A DNA stretch of 64,000 bases from assembly GCF_009914755.1 (NCBI RefSeq), contig NC_060928.1; one strand, given 5' to 3'. Under the pieces are notes generated by a model. It saw only the letters and a program-made list of their open reading frames with translations. It did not search any database and had not been told where the DNA came from. Positions 1 through 17,979 of the stretch are shown piece by piece. The translations under genes and the position numbers were made by a program. This DNA comes from the human T2T-CHM13v2.0 reference genome, Homo sapiens. Position 1 is the stretch's first letter, and every line of letters starts with the position of its first letter.

Positions 1-1329
1 TGGCTGAATAGGAACAGCTCTAGACTGTAGCTCCCAGTGAGACTGACGCAGAAGGTGGGTGATTTCTGCATTTCCAACTGAGTTACCCAGTTCATCTCAT
101 TGGACTGGTTGGACAGTGAATGCAGCCCACGGAGGGTGAGCCAAAGCAGGGTGGGGCATTGCCTCACCAGGAAAGTGCAAGGGGCCAGGGAACTCCCTCC
201 CTCCCCTTGCCAAGGGAAGCCTTGAGGGTCTGTGTCGTAAGGAACAGTGCACTCCAGCCCAGATACTGCACTTTTCTCACAGTCTTTGCAACCATAGACC
301 AGGAGATACCCTCAATCTCATCACCAGGGCCCTCAGGTTCAAGCACAAAACTGGGCGGCCGTTTGAGCAGACATTGAGCAAGCGGCAGTTTTTTTTTCAT
401 ACCCCTGGGGTGCCTGGAATTCCAGTGAGACAGAACAGTTCACTCCCCTGGAAAGGGGGCTGAAGCCAGGGAGCCAAGTGGTCTGGCTCAGTGGGTCCCA
501 CCCCCACAGAGCCCAGGAAGCTAAGATCCACTGGCTTGAAATGATCACTGCCAGCACAGCAGTCTGAAGTCGACCTGGGACACTCCAGCTTGGTGGCAGG
601 GAGGGGCATCAGCCATTGCTGAGGCTTGAGTAGGCAGTTTTACCCTCACAGTGTAAACAAAGCCACCCCACCTGCAAGTTAGAAATGGGCAGAGACCACT
701 GCAACTGAACAAGGCCACTATGGCCACACTGCCTCTAGATTCCTCCTCTCTGGGTAGGGCATCTCTGAAAAAAAAAGGCAGCAGCCACAGTCAGGGGCTT
801 ATATATAAAACCCCCATCTCCCTGGGACAGAGCACCTGAGGGAAGTGGGGACTCTGGGTGCAGCTTCAGTAGACTTAAACATCTCTGCCTGATGGCTTTG
901 AAGAAAGCAGCGGATCTCCCAGCACAACGTTAGAGCTCTGCTAAGGGTCAGACTGCCTCCTCAAGTGGGCCCTTGACCCCCGGGCATCCTGATTAGGAGA
1001 CATCTCCCAGCAGGGGTCAATAGACACCTCATGCAGGAGAGCTCCGGCTGGTATCTGGCAGGTGCCCCTCTGGGATGAAGCTTCCAGAGGAAAAAACAGG
1101 CAGCAATCTTTGCTGTTCTGCAGCCTCCACTGGTGATACCCAGGCAAACAGGGTCTGGAGTGGAACTCCAGGAAACTCCAGCAGACCTGCAGCAGAGGGG
1201 CCTGACTGTTAGAAGGAAAACTAACAAACAGAAAAGAATAACATCAACATCAACAAAAAGGATGTCCACTCAGAGACCCCATCCGAGGGTCACCAACATC
1301 GAAGACCAAAGATAGATAAAGCCACGAAG

Positions 1330-2347
1330 ATGGGGATGAAATGCAAAAAGTCTGAAAATTCCAAAAACCAGGATGACTCTTCTCCTCCAAGGGATCACAA
1401 TTCCTTGCCAGCAAGGGAACAAAACTGGATAATGAGTTTGATGTATTGACAGACGTAGGCTTCAGAAGGTGGGTAATAACAAACTCCTCCAAGCTAAAGG
1501 AGCATGTTCTAACCCAATGCAAGGAAGCTAAGAACCTTGAAAAAAGGTTAGACAAATTGCTAACTATAATAACCAGTTTAGAGAAGAACATAAGTGACCT
1601 AATGGAGCTGAAAAACATGGCATGAGAACTTCATGATGTATATACGAGTTTCAATAGCTGAATCGATCAAGTGGAAGAAAGGATATCAGAGATTGAAGAT
1701 CAACTTATAAAATAAAGCAAGAAGACAAGATTAGCGAAAAAAGAATGAAAAGGAATGATCAAAGAATCCAAGAAATATTGGACTCTGTGAAAAGACCAAA
1801 TCTACATTTGATTGGTATACCTGAAAGTGATGGGGAGAATGGAACCAGGTTGGAAAACACTCTTCAGGATATTATCCAGGAGAACTTCACCAACCTAGCA
1901 AGACAGGCCAATATTCAAATTAAGGAAATACAGAGGCTAACACAAAGATACTCCTCAAGAAGAGCAACCATAAGACTCATGATCATCAGATTCACCAAGG
2001 TTGAAATGAAGGAAAAAACATTAAGGGCAGTCAGAGAGAAAGGTCAGGTTACTCACAAAGGGAAGCCCATCAGACTAACAGCAGATGTCTCTGCAGAAAC
2101 CCTACAAGCCAGAAGAGAGTGGGGGCCAATATTCAACATTCTTAAAGAAAAGAATTTTCAACCCAGAATTTCATATCCAGCCAAACTAAGCTTCATAAGC
2201 AAAGGAGAAATACGACCCTTTACAGACAAGCAAATGCTGAGAGATTTTGTCACCACCAGGCCTGCCTTACAAGAGCTCCTGATGAAAGCACTAAACATAG
2301 AAAGGAACAACTGGTACCAGCCACTGCAAAAACATACCAAATTGTAA
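1330..2347 (+). pseudogene. L1 ORF1p (RNA-binding/coiled-coil), disrupted
   Basis: ATG at 1330. C-terminal 200 aa are open (RPNLHLIGIPE, ARREWGPIF, YPAKLSF); the N-terminal part is broken. Confidence 0.9.
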
Positions 2348-2410
2348 AGACCATCAACACTATGAAGAAACTGCATCAATTAACGGGCAACATAACCAGC
2401 TAGCATCATA

Positions 2411-7214
<4,804 letters not shown>

Positions 7215-7427
7215 ACAATGAGAACAGATGGACACAGGGATGGGAACATCACACACTGGGGCCTGTCAGTGGGTAGGGGTCTAAGGGAGGGATAGCATTA
7301 GGAGAAATACCTAATGTAGATGACGGGTTGATGGGTGCAGCAAACCACCATGGCACATGTATACCTGTGTAACAAATCTGCACATTCTGCACATGTATCC
7401 CAGAACTTAGACTACAATAAAAACAAT

Positions 7428-7791
7428 TGTCATAGTCCATCTGAGCTGCTATAACAAAATATCATAGACTAGGAGGTTTATAAACAACAAACATTTATTT
7501 CTCACAGTTCTGGAAGCTGGGAACTATAAGAGCAAGGCTCCAACAGATTTAGTGTCTGGTGAGGGCCTTTTTTCTGGATGATACGAGTGCCTTCTGGCTG
7601 AGTCCTCAGACAGTGGAGGGAGTTAGGAGTTTCTTTCCGGTCTCTTTCATAATGGCACAAATACCATTCATGAGGGCTCTGTCCTAATTACCTAATCGCC
7701 TCCCAAAGCCCCCACCTCCTAATCCCATCAACTTGGGGATTAGGATTTCAACCTATAAATGTTGGGGGACACAAACATTCAGACCATAGCA
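7428..7791 (-). mobile_element. MLT1A-type MaLR solo LTR
   Basis: Minus strand begins tgctatggtctgaatgtttgtgtccccc; TG...CA ends; near TSD acaat/aaaat. Confidence 0.85.
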
Positions 7792-7906
7792 AAAATAATA
7801 GTCTGAAAAGAATTAGCATAAATCAATATTTATAGAATCTTTAGCAATTTGGGATGGGAAGGGAAGAGGAAGAACAGGCATTATTTATAAAGTGTCATTG
7901 CTTTAC

Positions 7907-7972
7907 CTTGAGTTTGATTGGTCTTTGATTCAGAAAATAATTTTCCTTTTGCTTTTCATTCAAACCCAAAAA
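7907..7972 (-). pseudogene. Pseudoexon, phase 0->0: FLGLNEKQKENYFLNQRPIKLK
   Basis: 66 bp open; donor AAG|gtaaag; acceptor tgtttgtgctttgtcttAA (AG lost). Confidence 0.55.
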
Positions 7973-8076
7973 TTAAGACAAAGCACAAACAAGATCTCTC
8001 TCTTTCTCTCTCTCCCTCCCTCCCCTACTCTCTCTCTCACACACAGAGTTTCCCTACTTTCCCTGTTAAGCCCCAC

Positions 8077-8297
8077 CTTGATCATCCCAGAAAAGTGGCC
8101 TTTGCATATCCTGAATTTCAGATACACTCATCTATCTTGTCCATTTTATTTATAGTCATCCTTGTGTTTGGTTATTGGTACTTTCTCTTCAAGTAATAAA
8201 AAGCAACTAAGAGAAAAGGACCGGTAACGGGAACCTGTCTTATTCAAATAATACTTTATGTGTACTACAGAGATCGCTCTATAATTCAGTTCCTCAG
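8077..8297 (-). pseudogene. Pseudoexon, phase 1->0: EELNYRAISVVHIKYYLNKTGSRYRSF...KDDYK*NGQDR*VYLKFRICKGHFSGMIK
   Basis: 221 bp with 2 stops; acceptor ttttttcctgcAC (CAG->CAC); donor AAG|gtgggg; overlaps ORF 8146..8328. Confidence 0.55.
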
Positions 8298-8366
8298 GTG
8301 CAGGAAAAAAAGAATTGGATGAGTACATCTCTAAGATCTCTTTAAATTTAAAAAATTCATAACTTT

Positions 8367-8676
<310 letters not shown>

Positions 8677-9109
8677 TTAACATGTTGCTGGAATCAGTAG
8701 GTTCTCATTTCTTAATTTTATATTTTTTACTAATTGTATTCATTTGCTAGGGATGCACTTATGAAGTACCACAAACTAGGAGCTTAAACAATAGAAATAT
8801 ATTGTCTTACAGCTTGGGAAGCTAAAAGTCTGAGGTCAATGTGCCAACATGGTTGGTTCCTTCTGAGAGCTGTGAAAAGAACCTGTTATATGCTTCTTTC
8901 TTAGCTTCTGGTGGTTAGCTGGAAATCTTTGGCATTCATTAGCTTCTACTGCATCACCCTGATTTCTGTCTTCATCTTTACATGACATACTTCCTGTGTG
9001 TCTCTGGCTTCACATGACTGTCTTAAAAGGATGCCAGTCATATTGAATTAGGGGCCCACCATTCTCCACTATGACCTGATCTTAACTAATTACATCTGTA
9101 ACAACCTTA

Positions 9110-10295
<1,186 letters not shown>

Positions 10296-10405
10296 TATGT
10301 ATTTTGGGAAGACACAATTCAACCCATGGCATTCATTCTGCCAAAAGTATAACCTAAACCCAAGGGCTGGAATAAGCCATTAAATTCACATCAGTTAGCC
10401 CAAAC

Positions 10406-10491
10406 CTTTCACCCAACTATGATACAAGTCTCTTGTGGAATGAGTTTTTTGGAGCTGAGGTATTATTCCAACCATATTTTAACCCCATAGA
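10406..10491 (-). pseudogene. Pseudoexon, phase 2->1: LWG*NMVGIIPQLQKTHSTRDLYHSWVK
   Basis: Acceptor attaaag| after a 71-nt intron; donor AAG|gtttgg (alternative donor at 10413). Confidence 0.45.
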
Positions 10492-10562
10492 CTTTAATAT
10501 TGTCAATAACATTAAACTATTATGTGACTTTAATGATTTTCTAAAGCCATAGTTTTTCTGAC

Positions 10563-10653
10563 CTGCTCAAAAGAAAATCTAGTTTTTCATTATGAATTTA
10601 TGATGACCATAGATTGTTCAAGTCTCTTTGCTCCCAAGCACTACCATAATTGT
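10563..10653 (-). pseudogene. Pseudoexon, phase 1->2: DNYGSAWEQRDLNNLWSS*IHNEKLDFLLS
   Basis: 91 bp; acceptor ttcttgtttttctcatccacTG (CAG->CTG); donor CAG|gtcaga. Confidence 0.58.
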
Positions 10654-10796
10654 CAGTGGATGAGAAAAACAAGAATCACTCGGACAAACAGTTTAATGGA
10701 GAGCACCTTCTTACATACACTGACATATATGCCACCTATGTATATGATTTGATTGTTGACTATAGTCCAGACACAGCTAAGTGCTTCTAAAATACA

Positions 10797-10953
10797 TTTT
10801 TTCTTTTTTTGTCTTTTTTTTTTTTTCCTTTTTGTGGAGAGTGGAGTCTCACTATATTGCCCAGGCAAGTCTTGAACTCCTGGGGTCAAGCTAACCTCCC
10901 GCCTCTGCCTCCCTAAGACCTGGGATTACAGGCATGAGCCACCATGCCCAGCC
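10797..10953 (-). pseudogene. BCYRN1: BC200 (BCYRN1) scRNA retrocopy, lacking the unique C-rich 3' domain
   Basis: Minus strand reads ...cccaggtcttagggaggcagaggcgggaggttagcttga...gcctgggcaatatagtgagactccactctccacaaaaaggaaaaaaaaaaaaagacaaaaaa, matching the BC200-specific Alu domain and A-rich region. Degenerate TSD taaaa(t/c)a(ca/tg)ttt. Confidence 0.85.
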
Positions 10954-11407
10954 TAAAACATGTTTTTTCTAATCCTCACAATTATCTTGTAGGGAGGTAA
11001 AATTTATTATTATCCTCATTTTTCACACAACCAAATCAAATTCCAAAATCACATAGCTAGACTTGGGGAAGACAGTCTACATTTAAATCTGTACACTTAA
11101 CCATGATTCTATATTACAAAATTAATAACTACATTGAATTGCTTGTCTACTTTGTAGATTTCAATTTTGTGTGACCTTAGCTTTTCATTGCTAAGTATAA
11201 TTGACAGTTGCCCATAATCACTTGGCTAAAAAGAATGTAATGAGAATATAATAAGAAAGAGTTTAAAGCACACTGAAGACCATTTATCAGGCACTACCAA
11301 AAAGTAGGGCTATTCATATTTCAAAGACATATTAACTCTTTCAGGCCATATTAATGTGACTAGTGATGTGGGCCCTGATCTTAAGCCCAACTCTAATGAT
11401 ACTTAAC

Positions 11408-11735
11408 CAAAAAGATTTCTTTGAAAATCCGGTTCTCTATGAAAAACAAGTGTCAAGTTAGATTGCATTTCTTTCTCCAGTCTGGATTGCCTCCTTTTAA
11501 TCTCTTGGAATTTGTAAAATGCAATATCTTTGTGGAGTTAATCTGGTGATGAAGATTTGAGAATGGATTTAAGCCAAATATGAAGTACATTTCTTATGTA
11601 ATAAGCATAACATTGATAGATTTCATAATAAACTTATTGTTGAACACTATGATTTCTGTCTTTCATGTTTGTTCTAAATCACTCAAGCCCATCTCTAAGC
11701 TTGTGGATTTCATACAACCACATTGAGATCTAAAC
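11408..11735 (-). pseudogene. Pseudoexon, phase 1->1 with one frameshift: RLDL/WLYEIHKLRDGLE*FRTNMKDRNHSVQQ*VYYEIYQCYAYYIRNVLHIWLKSILKSSSPD*LHKDIAFYKFQEIKRRQSRLEKEMQSNLTLVFHREPDFQRNLF
   Basis: 328 bp; acceptor ttttggctgggtttctctag; donor G|gttaagt; 3 stops in about 105 codons. Confidence 0.65.
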
Positions 11736-12101
11736 CTAGAGAAACCCAGCCAAAATTCATACTAGTGTCTGCCAGTGTTCCTACAGCCCTCACCATTCGT
11801 AAAGACACAGGCAAATTTTGATGTCAAATTAAGGAAGCAGTGTAAAACTCTTATGGACGTATGGACAGATTGTCACTGTTTTCTTAGGGAAAAAAAATCT
11901 GCATTCTGAATTATATTCTGAAAATAAATTACCCCAGAAATTCTAAGGGGCCAGAGAAAGTAGATAAACCTGGTAAGAGTAGTTGATGGATTCCACCACA
12001 CATCCCACCCCATCTTAACACTCGCTCCTTACTTTCACAGACAAAACTGAGGGGAGCTTCCTTTCCATACTCCACACAAGTAGGGTTCTGTCCTCTCTTA
12101 C

Positions 12102-12176
12102 GGGGTTGTTCAAGGTGCTGGTATTCCTTCAGGAGGTCTTTTTTAAGTCATTCACTCTGGATTCAAAGAAGTTCGT
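12102..12176 (-). pseudogene. Pseudoexon, phase 1->1: ELL*IQSE*LKKDLLKEYQHLEQP
   Basis: 75 bp; donor |gtaaga; strong polypyrimidine tract with G of AG lost; both stops are TGA (compatible with CGA decay). Confidence 0.58.
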
Positions 12177-12319
12177 TAAAAAAAATGAAATATACATTAA
12201 CACGCTCAAATATATAACTGAGCATTTGAGTTTTACTAACCAAACAAGTACTTACTGATTTTTTAAATGGCATAAGAGTCATCTATTATTTCAATGACTA
12301 AAAACGTAAAATTGCAAAC

Positions 12320-12587
12320 TTTTTTTTTTTTTTTTGAGACCAAGTCTCACTCTGTTGCCACTACCTGCAAACTCTGCCTCCTGGGTTCACACCATTCTCC
12401 TGCCTCAGCCTCCCGAGCAGATGGGACTACAGGCACCCGTCACCATGCCTGGCTAATTTTTTGTATTTTTAGTAGAGATGGGGTTTCACCATGTTAGCCA
12501 GGGTGGTCTCGATCTCCTGACCTCGTGATCTGCCTGCTTTGGCCTCCCAAAGTGCTGGGATTACAGGCATGAGCCACCGCGCCCAGC
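12320..12587 (-). mobile_element. AluY/Sc with ~30-bp internal deletion
   Basis: Diagnostic 'ttcacaccattctcc' and 'ctcgatctcctgacctcgtgatc'; lacks 'caggctggagtgcagtggc'; near TSD a(a/c)attgcaaa. Confidence 0.9.
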
Positions 12588-13050
12588 ACATTGCAAAATT
12601 TTTTATTCAAATAGTTTAATTCTAATAAATGTTTTATTTCAATATTAAATTATACAAATGAAAGTACCTATGAAAATTGTCAACTAGACTTTTAAGAATG
12701 ACCATCAAAATCTTTTTAAGTTCATAGTTAAGGTATACTTAACTTTGAGGCTGATTTTCATTGCTAATTAAAACTGCAATATGTATAATGTGTAATGGTT
12801 TCAAAATTCACTTCTTCATTGGTAAAGAGACAATTAGTATCTAGTGATTGCTAATTATATTGATTATATGTAAAGCTACTAATAATTTTTCTTTGTTTTC
12901 TCATCCTCAAACTTTTTTTATTATTAAAAGTTTTAAAACACAAAATTGCAGCACCTCTTTTTGGAGAAACAAAGAAAACACTTTTCTCCAGAAAATCTTC
13001 TTTCTGGAAAAATACCGTTGAAGAGTTGACAAAAGTCAACTATTTCTTAC

Positions 13051-13156
13051 TGTTGAGCTGGAGAAATGGCTCATCTCCAGATGAAGTGGTATGCTGTAGA
13101 GAATCATTTTTTATAGCTTTGGTTTTTCTACATTTACTTCAATGTAATAAGTATTG
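13051..13156 (-). pseudogene. Pseudoexon, phase 0->1: QYLLH*SKCRKTKAIKNDSLQHTTSSGDEPFLQLN
   Basis: 106 bp; acceptor ttttttacttatcaag; donor |gtaaga; single TGA. Confidence 0.58.
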
Positions 13157-13176
13157 CTTGATAAGTAAAAAATGGC

Positions 13177-13178
<2 letters not shown>

Positions 13179-13207
<29 letters not shown>

Positions 13208-13326
13208 GTAGAGATGGAGTCTCACTACATTATCCAGGATGGTCTTGAACTACTCGGCTGAAATAATCCTCCAGTCTTGGCCTCCCAAAGTGCTGGAATT
13301 ACAGGCATGAGGCACCATACCTGGCC
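13179..13326 (-). mobile_element. FLAM_C / Alu left monomer
   Basis: Single Alu monomer preceded by poly(T). Confidence 0.85.
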
Positions 13327-13380
13327 TGGTCTTTTAGAAGTAGATTATTCACTAGATCAAGTAACTTAAACCAGATTTAC

Positions 13381-13752
13381 AGGAGTTCTTATCTCTTTAA
13401 AACTAAGTTCTTCCACATTTTCCCTCTAGGCATTAGGAAGCAATTTCAGTAAATACAGTACTTAATGGGTTTGCAGGTAAACATCTACCCCAAAGGTTCT
13501 ACTTAGAGCCCTCATCACCCAGTATACTAACTCAGGTTTATATCCTCTGGAAAGCACAAGCCTTCCAAAACTGTCCATGGCTTCCACATTTGATGACATT
13601 CAACAAACTTCTCAGAACATGAGAAAATACAGCTTCCATATATTCAAGTGTAAGAATGTTGGAGAAAATTAATTGCAAAGATGAATTCATCTGTTTTATC
13701 AATCTTTATTGGACAGATAAGTACTCATTCAATCCATCGTTCTTCAATTAAA
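13381..13752 (-). pseudogene. Pseudoexon, phase 1->0 with one +1 frameshift: V*LKNDGLNEYLSVQ*RLIKQMNSSLQLIFSNILTLEYMEAVFSHVLRSLLNVI/NVEAMDSFGRLVLSRGYKPELVYWVMRALSRTFGVDVYLQTH*VLYLLKLLPNA*RENVEELSFKEIRTP
   Basis: 372 bp; acceptor tgtttgtaatag; donor |gtaaat; removing one A restores a continuous frame. Confidence 0.65.
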
Positions 13753-13841
13753 CTATTACAAACAGTATTTATAAATACAAATATTAATAATATTTAAAGG
13801 ATTCATGCATTAATATAATTGGAGTCATAATCTCTCTATAA

Positions 13842-14147
<306 letters not shown>

Positions 14148-14747
14148 TATAATTGCTTCTTAACAACTCATTTGAAATTTCCATTCCTTTTTTTTCCCTA
14201 CTATACATCTTTTCACAGTTAAGTTTTCACTCTTCTTGACTTTGCTCATCAAAATCCCCCAATCTGGAACACCCTCTCCATTTCTCTTTTCCAATGTAAA
14301 CCTTGAAGACTTCCTTGATTCACTAGCCCATGTTTCCTTTTTTACACACAAGTGGCTTTAATATTAAAACAGCTACTAAGATAAGAAGCTTATTTCACTA
14401 CTCTAATTCTACTGCAGAGGATCAATTTTCATGATAAAGAATGTTTTGATTACAAGTATTTTTATATTCATATAAATGTTACACAATCATTCATAAATAA
14501 AAGTATAGAAGATCTCTGAGGAACAGCTCACTGTAACTTGGAATTTGGTTCTTCACTAATTTCATCCTGTTGTCTACAAAACCAGAGGTGGATTTATTAG
14601 TACAACATGATATTAAGTATGTTTATTAACATTTAAGAAAGTTATCAAAAAAACACTTAATCACTTAAAATATTGCACTTCTGTTCAGATTAACAGTCCC
14701 AAATATTTTTTATGCTCCTTCCAAAAGAAAGTTTATAACCATGTTAC

Positions 14748-14947
14748 CTTGCGTAAGTTACTGGAGCATGTATACACTTCCTCAAATGTCTCCATATGTT
14801 GAAAACCCAACTTCATCTTTGGCCAGAATTTTAAAACACAAGTAATTTTGTTTTAAAATGAATTGATACTTCTTTTTCTCTTGCCTAGTCAATAGCTGCT
14901 CTCGTGGCCAAACATTGTACTTTATCTTCAAACCATTAAACTTTAAA
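14748..14947 (-). pseudogene. Pseudoexon, phase 2->1: LKFNGLKIKYNVWPREQLLTRQEKKKYQFILKQNYLCFKILAKDEVGFSTYGDI*GSVYMLQ*LTQ
   Basis: 200 bp; acceptor ttaaaattcag; donor AAG|gtaaca; overlaps ORF 14782..14979. Confidence 0.65.
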
Positions 14948-15082
14948 CTGAATTTTAATTTCTTTATATAATGTTGCATACAGTTTTATGACCCTAAAAA
15001 AATTATAAACCAAAAGAAAAATGTTTCTCACAGAAATGAATGAAGGATTCATTTGTTTCCGAATCTTTCTTTCATTCTTTAC

Positions 15083-15323
15083 CCATGTGGGACAATCTGT
15101 TTAGGTACCAGATAGTATGCCCATCCACCACCAGCCATCCGTTAACGTTCTTTACCTAGCAGGTTTCACTCTGCCAACCCTTTCCACTCCTAGTCACCCT
15201 TTATAAATTTGTCCCATATCTAATGCACCCCTCTCCCCATCCCAGACCACTAATTCATAAATCAAAGTATTTAGGCTCAGTGTCTTGTCTGAGTCTATAA
15301 GATGTCTGTTCTGTCCTTTACTA
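15083..15323 (-). pseudogene. Pseudoexon, phase 2->2 with one +1 frameshift: SKGQNRHLIDSDKTLSLNTLIYELVVWDGERGALDMGQIYKG*LGVERVGRVKPAR*RTLTD/AGGGWAYYLVPKQIVPH
   Basis: 241 bp; acceptor gctttttttctcaaag; donor TGG|gtaaag; overlaps ORF 15194..15388. Confidence 0.65.
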
Positions 15324-15396
15324 CTTTGAGAAAAAAAGCGATGTGGCCAAGGGGCATTACTCAATGGTTCAAAACAAGGCAGTGTCACAAACTCAC

Positions 15397-15908
15397 CAGG
15401 AGCTCCTCTACTTGACTCCTACCAATTCTTGGATGGTCAAATATCTAATGTATGACTGCTCTCCGACCCATGACGGGTGCTGTGCATGAAGCGCTGTCAC
15501 CTTTTCTTTTTCTTTTTTTTGCTTGAAACAGAGTCTCACTCTGTCACCCAGGCTGGAGTGCAGTTGCGCAATCTGCTCACCGCAACCTCCACCTCCAGGG
15601 CTTAAGCAATTCTCCTGCCTCAGCCTCCTGAGTAGCTGGAATTACAGGTGCCTGCCACCGTGCCCAACTAATTTTTGTATTTTTAGTAGAGATGGGGTTT
15701 CACCATGTTGGTCAGGCTAGCCTCGAACTCCTGACCTCAGGTGGTCCACCTGCCTCAGCCTCCCAAAGTGCTGGGATTACAGGTGTGAGCCACCACGCTT
15801 GGCCAAAAAGCTATCATCTTTTCTGACTTTGGTTGGAAACAGTTGGTATCAACATGTTGGGTATTTCCCCCTTGCTCTCCCTTAATTATGTGTCTATGAA
15901 TAACCTTT
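15397..15908 (-). pseudogene. Pseudoexon, phase 2->2, split by an AluS: [30 protein letters not shown][Alu][33 protein letters not shown]
   Basis: Acceptor tttttaaatacag; consensus donor CTG|gtgagt; the frame is continuous once the Alu and one TSD copy are removed. Confidence 0.65.
15502..15804 (-). mobile_element. AluS inserted inside a pseudoexon
   Basis: Full dimer; degenerate TSD aagcgctgtcaccttt / aaaagctatcatcttt. Confidence 0.93.
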
Positions 15909-16221
15909 CTGTATTTAAAAATTATTAATGCAAAGTTTAGTGCTGTTCAGTGCTAAATGCCTCTTAATTACTTTTAGAGGAATAGCTAAATTATAGTAGG
16001 CACTCCATAAATACAGCTGAATACATAAAAACAGTAAAAATTTTAAAAGAACTGTCAAGTTGGCTAAAATTACAGACATCTAACAACACTTACAGCACCT
16101 GAGAGAAACATAATAATAAGGAATAAAAACAAGAAGCATTATTTAGAAGTTGCTATTATTGTGAAAACTGGCTCTAGTCTAGTCTTATCTTGCAAAATCT
16201 TCTCACATTATTCAACATTAT

Positions 16222-16311
16222 ACAGGGATTTCTCTCTGTTTTGCTCACTGTTTAATCTCCCACTACTTGGTTCATAGAAAGCACTCAATAAAACTATTGA
16301 ATGAATGAATG
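16222..16311 (+). mobile_element. L2 3' end fragment
   Basis: 'gcactcaataaaactattgaatgaatgaat' L2 tail. Confidence 0.65.
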
Positions 16312-16853
16312 CATAACAAAACAATAGAAGCTATTATTGAGTGCATATTAGCAAAATACTGGTTAAATTCCCACATAGACTTTCTCATTTATCTTTACAA
16401 ATACAAGGAACTTTATATCACTTAGAAAAATGATCCCTATACAAAAAAAAAAATTGAACCAGAATAATTACTTAGAGTCTGCAAACACCCACAAAGGTGT
16501 ACAAACACACCTATACAAAAAATGATTTATTTTAGCTAGAACTGTGTAATTCAGCAAAGTATAAAATAGGTGTTTTGTCTAAATTAGCTTGCTAATTGTT
16601 TGAGGTTTCCATATTATTATCTTACTTCATAGCAAACCCTGATTAACTTGTGGAAGGCTTAAATATTTGACCTAAATTTTACAGTATTTATTGAGGCTGT
16701 TGTGGAGAGTAAATGAGATGATGAATATACAACATAGAGAGATAGACTAGCATATACCAACTGTTAAATAAGTGTTAGTTATACTTATTTACTAAAACAT
16801 TATTATCTCACAAAGACATAACTCTAAGGCAAATCAGTGGTAGATTATTGATG

Positions 16854-17454
16854 TGTTGATGTCTGTTCTAAGACCTTGGTTCTTGTTTCCTTAGTTTAAA
16901 AGAATTTAACCAACATACACACAGCAAAGGAGATGAAATATAAGTAATTTATTGCAAAAGAAAAATAATATTTTGGAAGTTAAGTGCAGAATAGGCATAC
17001 ACCCTGAAAGAGAGAGAGTTCAGGGCAGACTACTCATCAGGATGAGACAGCAAAGACTGGCACTAGGGAGACTCTCTTTATGGGACTCTTACATGATTAT
17101 TCATAAGGAAGTGGGAAGAGGTGTTACCAGTAAGCATGTTCTGGGTGGTCCTCTGGGTGCACATGCGCAGTAACTATACAAGCTTGTTCATATGTTGCAT
17201 GTCTCATTAGCATCTAAAATCTCCACCCAGGGGTGTGTTTTTATACCATTATAACGAGCAAAGAGTCAGTTTGAGGGCAGGTAAAATCAAAGTCCACATG
17301 CTCTCTAAACAGGAAAGTATCTAGTGAAGGTAGCTTTGTTTGAATGAGCTCAATTACAGTGTGAATGCTGAGGCTTTTTCTGTTGACTCTATAGGCACCA
17401 CCATTGCTGAATCCCAAAGACATGGTTATTTCATTGACTACCTCTCCTGTCTCA
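16854..17454 (-). mobile_element. ERV1 (MER4-group, LTR29-like) solo LTR
   Basis: Minus strand starts tgagacaggagaggtagtcaa and ends ...atcaaca; near TSD gatg/aatg. Subfamily from memory. Confidence 0.75.
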
Positions 17455-17979
17455 AATGGTCAAGATTTGTATTTCAAAGAACAATATATGACTGTAATCA
17501 TACTGTATTTTCTTCAAAAATGATTCATGCTGTTCACTTGAGAAAAATCTTGAAGACTTTAATCATGGGCAGTCTATTACTTTACTCATGGTTGGTCCAT
17601 TACAAGTTCCCCATGGAAGTGGAGAGGAGTGTGATTATGGAACTCAATGGAAATATAGACAAGTAAAAATAACCCACGTAAGTAAATTTGGATAAAGGAA
17701 AATGTAAAACAATGTGCAATTTTCCCGTGGAAAGATCAGCTTTCCTTAGGTGTAGATAAAATTATGATGAGCACATGCCAACCCTTCTTTTGCAGAGGAC
17801 AAATATAAGAAGTGTAACCTCTCCCAAAATGTGATCAACATGTTCACAAGTGTACTCAGGGTAGATAAGACACAATACTTAATGTTTGGCTTTAAAACAT
17901 GTTTCTTGAGAATTAAATAAGAAGCCCTGAAATCTCAATTCTCTTGCCCTTTCAGAATCTGTTGCCAATGGACAACATT

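Noticed and set aside
11480-11548. Plus-strand terminal exon after tttctttctccag
   Set aside because: Short and isolated; the region is better explained by the minus-strand pseudoexon.
13024-13041. Inverted repeat agttgac-aaaa-gtcaact
   Set aside because: A 7-bp stem is expected by chance in 64 kb; no supporting context.
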